Source: Camelus ferus (taxonomy: Eukaryota). From it: a stretch of DNA of 64,000 nucleotides. The notes beneath the pieces are model-generated. The model worked only from the letters and a program-made list of their open reading frames with translations, ran no database searches and had not been told where the DNA came from. Made by a program: the position numbers and the translations under genes. The DNA is taken from positions 105,836,001-105,900,000 of the forward strand of contig NC_045696.1 in NCBI RefSeq assembly GCF_009834535.1, in the 5' to 3' direction. This document shows positions 26,301 through 39,840 of this stretch, piece after piece. The stretch's first letter is position 1. The number at the start of each line of letters is the position of its first letter.

Positions 26301-29300
26301 GAACTACAGTTTTTAATCCTTTAACTTAAAAAAATGAATAGAACAAAAAAAAAATACCAAAAAAAAAAAAAGAATAGAGAAGCATTTATACCATTTGGTC
26401 TTTTTTTTCATATTAATATGAGAAAGGAATGTGAGCATTAATATTACATCTACCATTAGTAGTACTCAGACAGAAGGACATACATAGGCCACAGTAGTGG
26501 TTTTCTGTGTAACTTTGGAGCCTAGGTAACTGGTTTCAGGCAGGTTTCTGGTTGTGGCGCCATTAAGCCATTATGACAGTGCATCCGATTCTGCAAGTGG
26601 GGATTTGTGACCATCTTCTTTTCTGCTGAGAGTTGGGCTCTTAACGAGTGTGCCTCTTCCTGTAGACAAGCTGTGAGTGGACTTATTTGGGGCAAGTGGG
26701 TCGCTTTTCCCTCTTAGTAGTCTGAAATTTTTCTAATGATAATTTTCACTGAGTGACTTGCTAACTCAGTGACTTGCAAATGTTATTTTAGTTAACTAGT
26801 TCTCCTTTAACAATACTTCCCAAACTATGTATTATTTTACAAAATAAAAAGAAAACACTTAGAATAAGAAAATCCTATCTTGTAAGTTCCATAATAATTT
26901 TGAGCTAACCACTAGTTTTGAATTTATTTATAAGCAACGGTTTCTTTATTTGAGGACTGTGTAGTTTCAAAGTTACAGCATTATTTCTTCATTACTGGGT
27001 GGGTGTGGAGATCTAAAGCCATTGAAGTACTATCCATTTTGAAAATGAACTATTACAATAACTTAAGAGAAGATTTACACTGACTGCATACATCTAGTTA
27101 GGTTGGGATCTGATTTCAGTAAAGGAAAATATTTTTAAGGAGCCCAATCCTTTTGAAGTCTTCATATATCATTGACAGTGTCAGTAATGGAAAATGTTTG
27201 CCTTAAAATGTAATCTCAAAATCTTAAAAAGTAGCAGTTTTGATGTTTACATGGTGAAATACTTTACTTTTAAGAGAAACCCAGATTATTTAAAATGACA
27301 CTATTACATAATTATAAGGTATTGCAAAATTAAACACAGTGGACTCTATAATGTTTAGTTTAAGTATCATTAAAACCTAAGAAAATTGTATTTTTCTGTC
27401 TTCTACACTGATAAGTATTATACTTGTACAGTTAACGCATAGGTAGGTAAGACAGAGGTCTCTATTCACATGCATTCATTTTTGATTGAAATCTAAGCCT
27501 CCACCACCTTCTCACTACTGGAAGTTTTTATATTGTAAAAATAGCTCTGGGCTTAGCATCAGAAACAAAACAAAACAAAAATGAGTGATCTTAGCTTTCC
27601 AACTTACCTGTCACTATGTGATTTTGAGCAGGGACTTTAACAATGAATGTGAAGTAGTATTTGTTGAGTTCACACTTTGTGTATGACCCTGTGTTAGGTA
27701 TATGATAGCCAAAGTTTATGAAATGCTTATAATATAACAGGCATTTTGCTAAATCCTTTGAATGCATTTTATCTTATTCCTTTAAAAAGTCTCTGGTAGG
27801 GTCATTTCCAGTTTACATATCAGTAAACTTGGTTTTTAAAAGATGGATTGTTTACCCAAGGTCACAAAATTTGTGAGTGGTGAAGCTGGAATTGAAACTC
27901 CATTTGACTATACAGACTCTTGCTTTGCTATAAACAGACCATTTTCAGCTTACATTGGTTCTACTTTTGTGTATTCTTTTCTATGTTATATGCTGTCACC
28001 TTAATCTACCTTTTTTAAAACTAAATTCAGCCTTTACTACATTGCCTGATGACTTGGAAATCTTGCATGGTGTCGTTGATGGCTTGTTGCTGTCCCTCTG
28101 GGGGAAAGGCTGCTATCAAGAATATTAATTTGGTTGCCTCTGATCATAACATTATTCAGAGATTGCTCAGCTGTCCTCTTGATTGCCTTTGTGCAAGTAA
28201 CCCAAGATCCTTGGAGTAGAATTATAAAATATACTTCTATGATCTGAGGACAAACTTGGAAGGGTTCCCCAAAGATAGGGAGACAGGGAGGGGAGATATT
28301 AAAATTCGTAGTCTAGAAGAGCAGGGCAGGATGCTTAACTATGACAGTGGGTGAGAACGGGAAATTTGCATTTGAGAGATATTGAACATTTTGGGAGTTA
28401 CTGGGTTTCTAGGAGGACTAGAAGCAGAAGGAACAGGAAAGCTTCCTTAATTTTGTTTAAAAGGGCTATGTGTATGTACATATGTGTATGTAGTATGTAA
28501 GAGGTTCAAATTTTGACTAATTCTGTTAGGAAAAAGACTGCTTTTCTTTTAGAAAAAGGTAACACTCCTGTTATTTTCAGATTTTATTTTTTTTTAAAGT
28601 TAATGGGAATTAGCTTTTAGGTACATTTTCACCTTTCCTGAGATATCCCTAGTTATTCAGTAACCATATGCTAGTTGTAAAATTCAGATAAAGAAGGAAA
28701 ATACAACAGAAAGTGAAAGTCCCCTTTCAGATCTTTCTATTCACAACCTCTGTTCTCCCTTTCCCATTGCCCTCTTCAGAGATAATTACTGTTACACTCA
28801 GCCTGCATACCTTTCTCTGTACCTTTTCATACATACCTTTTCATAATTTATTTCAAATGGGATCATTTTCCATTTTCCCTAAGTATCTCTTTTACATATG
28901 ATTGAAGTTTACCAGGTCAGTTATCACTTTTCAATTTAACGTATATTTTTCAAAAACCTGTTATGTGTTCAGATATGTGCTACACAGACTTTTTCCTTAA
29001 AGAGATTCTTTGAAATCTAATCAAATTGGTAAGGGGCTAATGTGAACAGGGAAAGCCTAGAGACACAAATGTGGTTGAAGAAATAGAATAATTGTCATTT
29101 AATTATCTCATAAAGTCTCAGAATTTAAGAGGAGACTTAGGTACCGCTTAGTTGCTAGACTAGGAAACTGGGTCTCTTGGGTCTCTTTTTACTGTTCAGG
29201 ATGAGTATTGCCAGTGTTCTGTGTTTCCACTTATATAGAGTTTCACTCTCTTTGGTGAGAAGATGGAGATAGGAGAATAGATGCCAGTGCCATCACACGG

Positions 29301-30060
29301 TTTTAGGCAGGTTTTTTAACCGGATATAAAGTAGTTGCTTGATGGATCTGTGTCAAGCTGGAGGGCCGTCAGACCTATTGAAGGATATTTTTTGAATTTA
29401 ACTTTTTTTGTTACATGATAAATACTACTTCAGAATTTGAAAGTACTGAATGAAGACTTCCTCCAGCCATGTAGTTCTCTTCCCTGTAGGCAACCAAAGC
29501 TAGCAATTTCTCATATGCCCTTCAGGGAGCTTTTTGCTTTTTCAAATATATACGGGTATATATGCTATTCTTCCACTCACTATTGTGTAAGTATCATATT
29601 CTCTTCTTTTAAATTACATAAATAATTAGCAGAGGTTGGAATTATGTAGGGAAAGGGAAAATGATGCATATTGTACCATGAGTGATAGGTGGCCCTGACC
29701 TATAGATACGATATGCATAGCTCTTTGGTGGATCTGCGTAAGATACTCTGAGACCAATAATTTCTTCCTTCATCCATTTCTGTACTCAATAGACTTGATT
29801 CAATTTTGCTTTTGCATCTCAGACACAAGGTATATGTGGAAAAACTCTGTACTTTTTCTATATAAGCATTTAATCCTTTCACTTTATTTCTTATTTTTTG
29901 TTATATATTTAGTAAGCATTTATTGCCTACTGTCTGTGGAATCTATTGCTGTTTCCTTCCCTCTCCCCCATATTTTGGCAACAAATTTATTGATATATAT
30001 TCACATATCATACAATTTATCCATTTAAAGACAGTTCATCCATTTAAAATGTACATTTCA

Positions 30061-30203
30061 GGAAGGAGGGTATAGCTTATTGGTAGAATTCATGCTTAGC
30101 ATGAATGAGGTTCTGGGTTCAATACCCAGTACTTCCATTAAAACAAACAAACAAACCAACCAACCTAATCCCCCCCTTCCCGCCAAATAAAAAAATTTAA
30201 AAA
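30061..30203 (+). mobile_element. Vic-1-like SINE nested in an old antisense L1 (~29970-30510)
   Basis: Typical body; TSD aaaa(t)tg(t/c)acatttcag. Confidence 0.9.
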
Positions 30204-30778
30204 TTGCACATTTCAGTGGGTTTTGGTTTTTTTTTTTGGTACGTTCGGAGTAGTGCAAACCTACCAAAATCTATTTTAGAAAAATTGCATCACTTCAAAA
30301 AGAAACTCATTTTCCAATCCCATCCCTGCTCCCAGCCCTATGCAATGACTAATCTACTTTGTGTCTGTGTAGATTTGCCTATTCTGGACATGTCATATAA
30401 ATGGAATCATATGATATGCAGTCTTTTTGAATGGCTTCTTTTATTTAGCATAATGTTTTCAAGGTTCATCCATACTGTATGTATCTGTACTTCCTTTTTC
30501 ATTGCTGAAAAAATTTTTCCTTTTTCTGTTTCACCAATGTGTTTTGCTAAATATTAAGGCTATTAATCAGATAATCTATGCCCTTGGTGTTCTGTGTATC
30601 ACTTGATTGTGAACACTTTGCTATGTATTTATAAATTTCTTAGAGTATTGGAAGAGTGAGGCAAAGAGTGAGCTCTTCTTTGGTATCACTGGCAAGAGTT
30701 TTATTTTAAACGGAGTATGACACTTGGGAATTAATCTTAGGTTTAACTTTTCATATTTTTTTCTTAACCTCTATTATT

Positions 30779-30865
30779 TATTTATTTGTTTTTCTTGGGA
30801 GAAGGATTTATTACTTGCAGCAAGTAAAGAGAACACCAAAGATCTTTCCTAAAGCAGTGTCTCTC
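30779..30865 (-). mobile_element. ~87-bp polyadenylated retrocopy, ERV-LTR R-region-like
   Basis: Minus strand reads gagagacactgctttaggaaagatc...ttacttgctgcaagtAATAAAtccttctcccaag plus an A-rich tail, flanked by ctattatt (30771-30778 and 30866-30873). Confidence 0.55.
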
Positions 30866-31649
30866 CTATTATTATTTGTTTGAGCTAAAAATACTGTCTA
30901 TAATATCTACACTTGAACCTAAATTAAGAAGGAAGATAGATGTAGAATTAGAGTGTCCAAAATGAGACAGTTTCATATTTAGAACACTCCTGTTCTGGAA
31001 CCCAGTCGAGACTAGTCTCCCACAAAAAGTTTCACAGAACACCTTGAGTTGCCTTACTTGAATCTCAGCTATTTTGCAGCATCTATATTTTAAATAATGA
31101 TTTCTGTTAATCTGTCAGGTATCTAAAGCATAATTAACTCTTATTTGTTCTCTTTTATAAAGAAATTGATTCCTGAAGTGTTTTGTTTGTTTTTGGCTCT
31201 GATGGGCTTTTTCATGAATAGATAGGAGGCTTTTTTTCCCCGTATGAATATTTTAAGACCTTTTTCAAGAATGTGGATATCTTTTTCATCAGATGATGTC
31301 TATGTTGAATTTTCAGGAGATAGAACTGTTGTGGTATTAATTCATGAGTAGGCTTAGTTGTCTTAATGCATCACTACTCAAAAGTGTGATCCCAGTGCCG
31401 ATTGCCATACCCACTGTGATAGCTTACAGAAATCAAAAGTTCATAATAGGAAAATGTGGGTTTGTATTTTGTATTTTGTCTTTATTTTTCTATTAATTCT
31501 TTTTATTGTATTTTAGGAAAGTATTAGATTGCTACAATTGGAGGAACCCCATTAATTCAATATTACTGACAGTTTGAAAAGAACGGGGGACTGTCAAATG
31601 TCTACGTTCTAGCTTTAGGTAGCCTCTGGGCACATCAATTTAGTTTTTC

Positions 31650-32450
31650 AAACTTTATTTTTTAACTGAGGTAATTGTAGATTCATATGCAGTTGTAAGA
31701 AATAATACAGAGAGATTATATACTTGACAGGGTTTCCTCCAGTGGTAACATCTGTAGAACTACAGTATATTATCATAACCAGGATATTGACATTTATACA
31801 ATCTACTAACATTATTCACATTTCTCCAGTTTCACTTGTATATGTGTGTGTAATAAATTCTACACAATTTTATCACTTGTGTGGTTTTTTTTAGACTTAT
31901 TTCTTCATTTTTAGAGGAGGTACTGGGAATTGAACCCAGGACCTCGTGACGCTAAGCATGTGCTCTACCACTGAGCTGTATCCTCCACCACCCCTCCACC
32001 GCAGTCAAGATACTGAACATTTCCAGCACCACAAGGATCCCTTGTGTTGCATGTTTATAACCACGCCTACTTCTATCACCCCCCTTCTACCTTCCACCCC
32101 CTACTTGGGTCTCTGTATAAATGGAATCATTCACTATATAACCTGTTGAGATTGACTTTTTTCACTTGGCATAATTCCCTGAAGATTCATCCAAACGTTG
32201 CATGTATCAGTAGTTTGTTCCTTTTTATTGCTGAGTAGAATTCTGTGAGATGGATGAACCACAGTTTGTTTAACCATTCACCTACCTGTTGAAAGATTTG
32301 GATTGTTTCCAGTTTTGGACTGTTACAAATAAAGCAAGTAAGAACAGTTGTGTGAACTTAAGTTTTCATTTCTCTGGAATAAATGTCCAAGAGTGCAATT
32401 GCTGAGTTGTATCCTAATTGCATCTTTAGTTTTATAAAAAACTGTCACAG
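31650..32450 (-). mobile_element. Old L1 (L1MC-like) 3' region
   Basis: gattcatatgcagttgtaagaaataatacagagaga and ttcctttttattgctgagtag motifs. Confidence 0.75.
31885..31988 (-). mobile_element. Vic-1-like SINE
   Basis: ggaggtactgggaattgaacccaggacctcgtgacgctaagcatgtgctctaccactgagct. Confidence 0.9.
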
Positions 32451-34215
32451 CCCCTTTTATCATTTAAGAAGTAACAGGGAAGCCTTCTATAAACAAATGC
32501 TAGCAGCAATATATAAACAAATCCTAGCTGAGCTGCCTTTCTGGTTGAAGTAAGCTTAGAGTTCCACCTGCTTGATCACCACCAAGGGACTGTGCCAGCC
32601 TTGCCTGCTCTCTTCACCTAGGCTGGAACTCAGAGCCAGATAGGTGAAGTGACTTTAAAGAATTTTTTAAAAATTTAGAAGTGATTTTAGGCTTCTTACT
32701 GGCAAAGCTGGTACTGGAACTCAGGTTTCTTGATTCCTAGTTTTTGTTATCTTTATAAATCAGTTATATTTTCATGCATATTGACTGAATGATCAAATAG
32801 TCGTTTGTACCAGGACATTTACCATTAACATACATATTATTTTGTACTAAATTATGTTCCTTTTATTTCTCCTTTATAATACTTAGGACTCTACTTAAAA
32901 TATACATATATGTAATTATTTAAAATTATGTTTAATTTGTGTTATCTGTAAGTTATATTTCAGAATGATAAAGGGATGCTGTGAAATTTTTGTTATTTTT
33001 AAAAAGCATTGGGTCTGAAATGACTGAGAACCTAAGGATAGGTGGGATGTGGTGGTGCAGCACATGGGAAAACTTTGGTGGCAGGGAGCCTGGCATCTTG
33101 GAGTAACTGAACGGAGGCCGGATTTGGCTTGAGAGGAGAGTTGAGTGGGAGAGGTGTGTAGAATAAGGGATGTGTAGGATGAGTCCAAGAGAGAGGCAGG
33201 GTCTGTATAGGACCCTGTAGGAAGAAGCTTGGAGAGTTGTTTGACCAGAACAAAAGCTGAGGGGTTGTGAGGTACAGAGTTGCTTGACCAAGTGGAATTA
33301 TACCTGAAATGGACTTTGAAGATCAGGTAATTTAACCGTCCCATTTTACAAATAAGAAAATGAAAGTTAAGGGAACTTTCCCAAGGTTAAACAATTAACA
33401 GATTGGCTGAAACATAAACTTGATCATGTTAGTCCATTGTTTACACTTGACTGCCAGGCAAAGGAGTTAAATTTTAGATAGTTGGGGAGCATTTCAGGTT
33501 TTGAGCAAGAGAATTCCAAGATGGAGAAGATGGCTGGATGGTTGTGTGCAGGCCTGAGGCAGTTGGTAATGGACTCCACAGAGTCAGGAGCCCCATGATT
33601 TTGTCCCCTGGTTAAATGGAATCACTAAATACAAGTTCTGATCTTGACTTATGCTGAGTTATTTAATAGTTTTGTGGGTTAATATGCTTGTCTCCCCTTC
33701 TAGATATAATATGCCCACTACTTTTTACTTCCTGTACATGCTGGCTCAGTACTTTAAGTAATGAGTTTTAATGTACGTTCTCCCAGCACCAGGATTTAAA
33801 TTGGATCACTAGCTTAGTAGAATCTTCATTTCCTCTTCCTGCATCAACTTTTTACCTGGTTGTGTATTTTGGTTCAGTATATTGATGGTTGCCTGCAAGG
33901 ATTAGTTTATGCTCTCTGTAGCAAAGCTCTTCTCCAGCAACCTTACTTTAAAATAATACTGAAAATCAGGAAATAAGAACTCTGTGGTTGAGATCTTGTT
34001 CAGAAGATTATTTTTAAAAAAGAGTTTGTGCGTACTTAATGTTCTGTAGTATTAGTCATATTTTCGTCCCATGTCAGTGCACTGTCTGCTCACCAAGGTT
34101 GGGTGAATAAGCTGTCAAGAATCCTTAGTACCATTTCATGACTCACACTGAAGGCAGGCCTGTAGTTACTGAGCAAGTAAATAATAGTCTTTAAGGAGAC
34201 TACCACCTTCTGGCC

Positions 34216-34885
34216 TTTATTTTTTTTTTAATTAAAAAATTTTTTTTTTAATTTTAATTAAAGTATAGTTGATGTACAATATTATATAACTTACAAGTGT
34301 ACAATATAGTGATTCACAATTTTTAATGATTATACTCCATTTATAGTTACTATAAAATATTGGCTATATTCTCTGTACTGTACAATATATCTTTGTAGCT
34401 TATTTTATACATGGTAGTTTGTGCTTCTTAGTCCCCTACCCGATCTTGCCTCTCCCTCAACTCCTCTCCCCACTGATAACTCCTAGTTTTGTTCTGTATA
34501 TCTGAGTCTGTTTATTTTTTTTATATTCACTAGTTTGTTGTATTTTTTAGATTCCATGTGTAAGTGATATCATACAGTATTTGCCTTTCTCTGACTTACG
34601 TCACTTAGCATAATGCTGTTCAAGTCCATCCATGTTGTTGCAAATAGCAAGATTTCATTCTTTTTATGGCTGAGTAGTATTCCATTGTGTGTGTGTGTGT
34701 ATCATATCTTCTTTTTCCATTTGTCTGTTGATGGATACTTAGTTTGCTTCTATATCCTGGCTATTGTAAATAGTGCTGCTGTGAACATTGGGGTGCATGT
34801 ATCTTTACAAATTAGTGTTTTTGTTTTTATCAGGTGTATACCCACGATTGGAATCGCTGGGTCATATGGTAATTCTATTTTTATT
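34216..34885 (-). mobile_element. L1 3' end (cetartiodactyl-type)
   Basis: Poly-T, aagtatagttgatgtacaatatt, gtgaacattggggtgcatgtatc. Confidence 0.88.
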
Positions 34886-36379
34886 TAACTATTTTATTTA
34901 GATATATTTATTTTTAATTGTTGGTACATGCATATTATATAAAATTTAAAATGAATACAGTGTGTGAAATGTAAGTCTTCTACTCTTTCTCCCAGCTACC
35001 TAATTCTCTCAGGAGGTAATCACTCTTTTAAATTTGTGTGTGTGTTGTTCCTTAGATAACCTATGCACTTATGAATATACACACATATAAACCCCACCCT
35101 CACAGATAGTAGCATAGCATACTAATTGTTCTTTGTGTCTTTTCTTATTACTTAACAATATATTTGATATTATGTATATATAGTTTCAGAACTGCTTTAT
35201 TCTTTTTCATGGCTTAGTATTCTGTTGTATCAACATGACACAATTTTTCTCTACTTGTATATGAATAGACATTTAAATTGTTTCTAATCTTTTGCTATAG
35301 TTTTGACTAGTTTTGAAGTGGCCAGATTTGAAATCAATGTTTGCAAGCTATGTGTGGAGACAGAGAAAGAGAGATGGGCCATTATAATGATGGAGTCAAG
35401 GGAAGAAGATGAGCAGGAGAAAATCTGGAGAGCCAGGAGAAAGAAGGAAGAGAAAGAGTTAAGGAGAGAGAAGTAAAGGATAGGAGTGAAATAACCCAGG
35501 TCTCCCCAAGGCAGATACTGAAACCAAAGACTCAACCTTTATATTACTGTTTGGAACCAGACTGTTCCAAGTTATTAGCCATATGATCTTGAGCACGTTT
35601 TCTATTTTCTCTGTAATGTCCTCATCTGTAAAATGGAATAAATGGGATAATAACAATTCATCATATGTTAATATACTTACAGCTTTTAGCATAGCATCCA
35701 TCCATATTGAGAAAACTTTCTGCTCCACCTCCCACCAGCTTTACTTTTATTTAGCCTTTTACAGCTCAAGTGTACTTCCCCCAGGACCATCTAGGTTGTA
35801 CTAAGAGCCTCTTTTCTGTATCCTATACCATTGTCTAAAGATTTCGTCTCATACCTCTGGAATTCCCGTATCTAAACCAGCACTAAAATATTTAGCACAG
35901 TGTCTGGCATATAGTAGGCAATTGATAATGTTTGAGTTAAACTGAAGAAAGCCTTGGGCCTTAGGAACAGTGAACCTAAAGAAATGCCAATCTTTCCACC
36001 CTTTCCCCAACCACCCAGTTTTCATTCCCTGAGGCAACTGGTGCTTGAAAATGGGTTTTTCCTCAATTTATATAAACAAATACATACATACATACATACA
36101 TACAATATTTATATATCCCCCTTCTAAAAAATAACAACAGTAGCATACTCTCACATTGTAGTCATACCAAAAAGGAATGCTTTTCAATTCTATGGGGACT
36201 TCACCCAAATAAAAGTTTAAGAGTTATTAGGTTTTCATGTAAGACTTACTGTAGCGTGGATAGCTGTGATTGGTGAATCAACTGCCTGTGGCTACCAGTT
36301 ACGAGATTGTGACGGCTTTTTTTTTTTTTTTTTTGGTGCAGCAATGAAGCTTTGTAAATAAAATCTTAACATTTTAGGC

Positions 36380-37296
36380 ACTTTTTTTTTTTTTTTGAGA
36401 TAATTGTACACTTAGAGGAATCCTGGTTACTCTTTACTCATATTTCCCTAGTGGTAACATCTTGCATAACTATAGAAAAAAATCAAAACCAGGAAGTTGA
36501 CTTTGGTACAATCCATCCACCTTATTCATATTTCACCAGTTTTACATGCACTTATATTTATGTGTATTTAGTTTTATGCAGTTTTATCACATGTACAGAT
36601 TTGTTTGATTACCACCATAGTCAAAATAAAACAGTTAAATCACAAGAATCTCCCATACGTTTCAGTGGTCTCAGCTACCTTCCTCCCTCCCACCCTTTCT
36701 AACCTCTGGCAATTGCTGATCTATTCTCCTTCTCTCTGATTTTGTCATTTTAAGAATGCTGTGTAAATGAAATCCTTCAGTATGTAACCTTTGAAATGGG
36801 CTTTTTTCATTCAGGATAATTCCCTGAAGATCCATTGAAGTTGTTGCACATATCAGTAGATATTCTCTTACATAACCATAGTATGCTTATGGAATTTAGG
36901 AAATTTAACTGATAAAACAGTATTATTTATAATCCATATTCTTACTGTTCCAGCTGTATTAATTATATTCTTCAACCTATCGCCATCCAGCCCAGTATCA
37001 CATTGTAAATATGTTTGTCAGGTTTCTCTAATTTCTTTTAATCTAGAACAATTTCTCTTTTTTTTTTCTTTAATAACTGATATATTTGGAAAGTATGGGT
37101 CAGTTTATGTTGTAGAATGTCTGTCAATTTGGGTTTGTTCTTCATGTTTAGGCCCAGGTTATGCATTTTTGGCAGGAGCACCATGGAAATGATGTTGTAT
37201 ATCCCTTAGCATACACAGAATGCTAAGTTTATTCCATTATTGGTCATTTTAACTTTGCTCTCTTGATTAAAGTGATGTTGACCTGATTTCTCCATT
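36380..37296 (-). mobile_element. Old L1 (L1MC/ME-like) 3' remnants; host of the 37314-39342 insertion
   Basis: Degenerate L1 3'UTR motifs; the sequence resumes after 39360 (taagtatttttgtgggaggatactttga). Confidence 0.65.
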
Positions 37297-37313
37297 TAAA
37301 GTCATTGATTTTT

Positions 37314-37759
37314 TTTTTTCCTATTCATTCCTCCCTCCCTCTCCCCAAACCTCTAGAAACCATGATCTTTTTATTGTTTCTGTAGCTGTGCCTTTTCCAG
37401 AATGTCATTTGGTTGGAATCGTACAGTTTGTAGCCTTTTCAGACTGGCTTCTTTCATTTAGTAATATGTCTTTTAAGTTTCTTCATGTCTTTCATGGCTT
37501 GATAGATCTTTTTTTTTTACTGCATATATATTTTAAAATTTACATATATTGTTTGTTACATCATTGTTTCTAAGAATGTTTAGAGCTTTAGCTTTTTAAA
37601 CTTACATAGTTATCAAAGGAATAAAGCCAAGCACAAAATAAGAATTAACTCAAAAACATACATACACCCTGCTATTAACAGCAACATTATTTATAATTGC
37701 CAAGATAGGGAAGCATCCTAAGTGCACATCAACAGTTGAATATATAATGGAGATGCAGC

Positions 37760-37807
<48 letters not shown>

Positions 37808-39342
37808 ATGTGTATATATATATATAATAGAATACAGCTCACCCATAAAAAAAGAAGGCTACTTTGCCATTTGTGGCCCTTCATTCACTTTTTTTTTCAC
37901 TTCTAAAACCAGAATTTTATAACCAACAGAGATATTTCCCGTTAACATCAAAAACAACAAAATACCTAGAAATAAACTTAACCAAGGAGGTTACGTACAC
38001 TCTGAAAACTGAAATGACATAAGGAAATGAAAAGATTTGTGCTCTTGGATTGGAAGAATCAACACGATCAAAACGGCCACACTACCGAAAGCAATCCACA
38101 GATCCAGTGCAACCCCCATCAAAATACTCACGACATTCCTCACAGAACTAGAATAAACAATTCCAAAATTTATAAGGAACTACAAAAAGACCTTGAATAG
38201 CCAAAACAATCTTCTGTAGGTCTCTTTTTTTTCTCTTTCTTCTTTTTGTTCTCTTTTCTTATGGTTTGATGACTAGAGAAGGTCCTTTAACATTTGTTGT
38301 AAAGCTGGTTTGGTGGTGCTGAAATCTTTTAGCTTTTGTTTATCTGTGAAGCTTTTGATTTCTCCATAAAGTCTGAATGAGAGCCTTGCTGGGTAGAGTA
38401 TTCTTCGTTGTAAGTTTCTCCCTTGTATCACTTTAAGTATATCCTGCCACTCCCTTCTGGCCTGTAGAGTTTCTGCTGAAAAATCAGCTGATAACCTTAT
38501 GGGAGTTCCCTTGTATGCTATTTGTTGCTTTTCTCTTGCTAATTTTAATATTTTCTCCTTATCCTTAATTGTGGTTTTGACTATTTGCCTTGGTGTATTC
38601 CTCTTTGGGTTGATTCTGTGTGATACTCACTGCACTTCCAGGACTTGGGGGACTGTTTTCTTTCCCAAGTTGGGGAAGTTTTCGGTTATCATCTCCCAAA
38701 ATTTTCTCAGGTCCTTCTCTCTCTTTTCTCTTTCTGGGACCCCTGTAATAGGAATGCTAGAGTGCTTCATGTTGTTCCAGAGTTCTCTTCAACTATCCTC
38801 ATTCCTTTTTATTCTGTTTTCTTTTTTCTGTTCTGAAGTAGTGATTTCCACTAATCTGTCTTCTAGCTCACTGATCTATTCTTCTGCCTCATTTAGTCTA
38901 CTCTTGGTTCCTTCTAGTGTATTGTTCATTTCAGTGATTTTATTCTTCATCTCTGGGTATTTTGTATATTTTCCAACTCTTTGCTAAAGACTTGGCTCTG
39001 TGAATCTTTACTCCTCTTGAGTTCTCTGAACATCTTGGCTATCATTACTAAACTCTTTCTCAGATAAATTACCTATCTCCTCATCACTTATTTCTTCTTC
39101 TGGGATTTTATCTTGTGCCTTGGCCTGGGAGATACTCCTTTGCTACCTCATACCGTCTATCTTTCTATGTGTTTGTGATTCCTTCCACAGGCTTTTGGGA
39201 TTATTGTTTTCTTATTTCTAGTATCTGCCCCTGGTGAATGAGCTGGACTGGAAGCTTATGCAGGTTTCCTGGCAGGAGGAGCCAGTGCCTGCCCACTGCT
39301 TGGTGAAGCTTGGTTCTGGACCTCTGGTGGCTGTGTCTAGAC
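37314..39342 (-). mobile_element. Composite ORF1-only (HAL1-like) retroelement with chimeric 3' region
   Basis: 17-bp TSD taaagtcatt(g/a)attttt at 37297-37313 and 39343-39359. Contains a full-length degenerate L1 ORF1, opposite-strand ORF2 scraps and two poly(A) tracts. Confidence 0.7.
38273..39151 (-). pseudogene. Degenerate L1 ORF1 (ORF1p) coding region
   Basis: Minus strand begins MR*QRSISQAKAQDKIPEEEISDEEIGNLSEKEF and ends KPALQQMLKDLL*, matching L1 ORF1p termini. Premature stop at codon 3 and at least one frameshift. Confidence 0.85.
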
Positions 39343-39840
39343 TAAAGTCATTAATTTTTGCTTTTGTCGTTTTAAGTATTTTTGTGGGAGGATACTTTGA
39401 ATCTAAGTAAAGATCCTGTTACTCATCCAACTTTTACCAATTTTAGCATCCCTTGAGGGCTTGTGTGTGTGTGTGTGTGCCTGAATCAGTTATTATGGTT
39501 TCTAAATGGTGATAAACTTTTAATGGCCAGTAAAAAGGCAAAGCTGACTTCTACTTCCTCCAGTTAACAAGTAGGAAAAACAATTCTTTCATGTGTATGT
39601 GTGTGTATATATATATATATCTTATATAAATATATAATGTAAGAGCAAGCTTTGAAAGGCAAAGGTTAAATTGTATAGAAAAGGATAATAAATTTAGACC
39701 TTCCCAAAAGTGTAAATTTTAGGAGAAAAATTTTGAAGTAAGGGGTAATTCTGGAGAAGCTAAGATTTGATTTTGGATTGCAAAATGATGAGCATGTTTG
39801 AGAATCTGAAGGCAGAGGTAGTTTAAAAAAATTTTTTTAG

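Noticed and set aside
28040..28150. Possible intronic C/D-box snoRNA (TGATGA ... CTGA)
   Set aside because: The C box lacks the leading purine, and there is no terminal stem or recognisable guide sequence.
38499..38987. 162-aa hydrophobic + strand ORF
   Set aside because: It is the antisense reading of the A-rich L1 ORF1.
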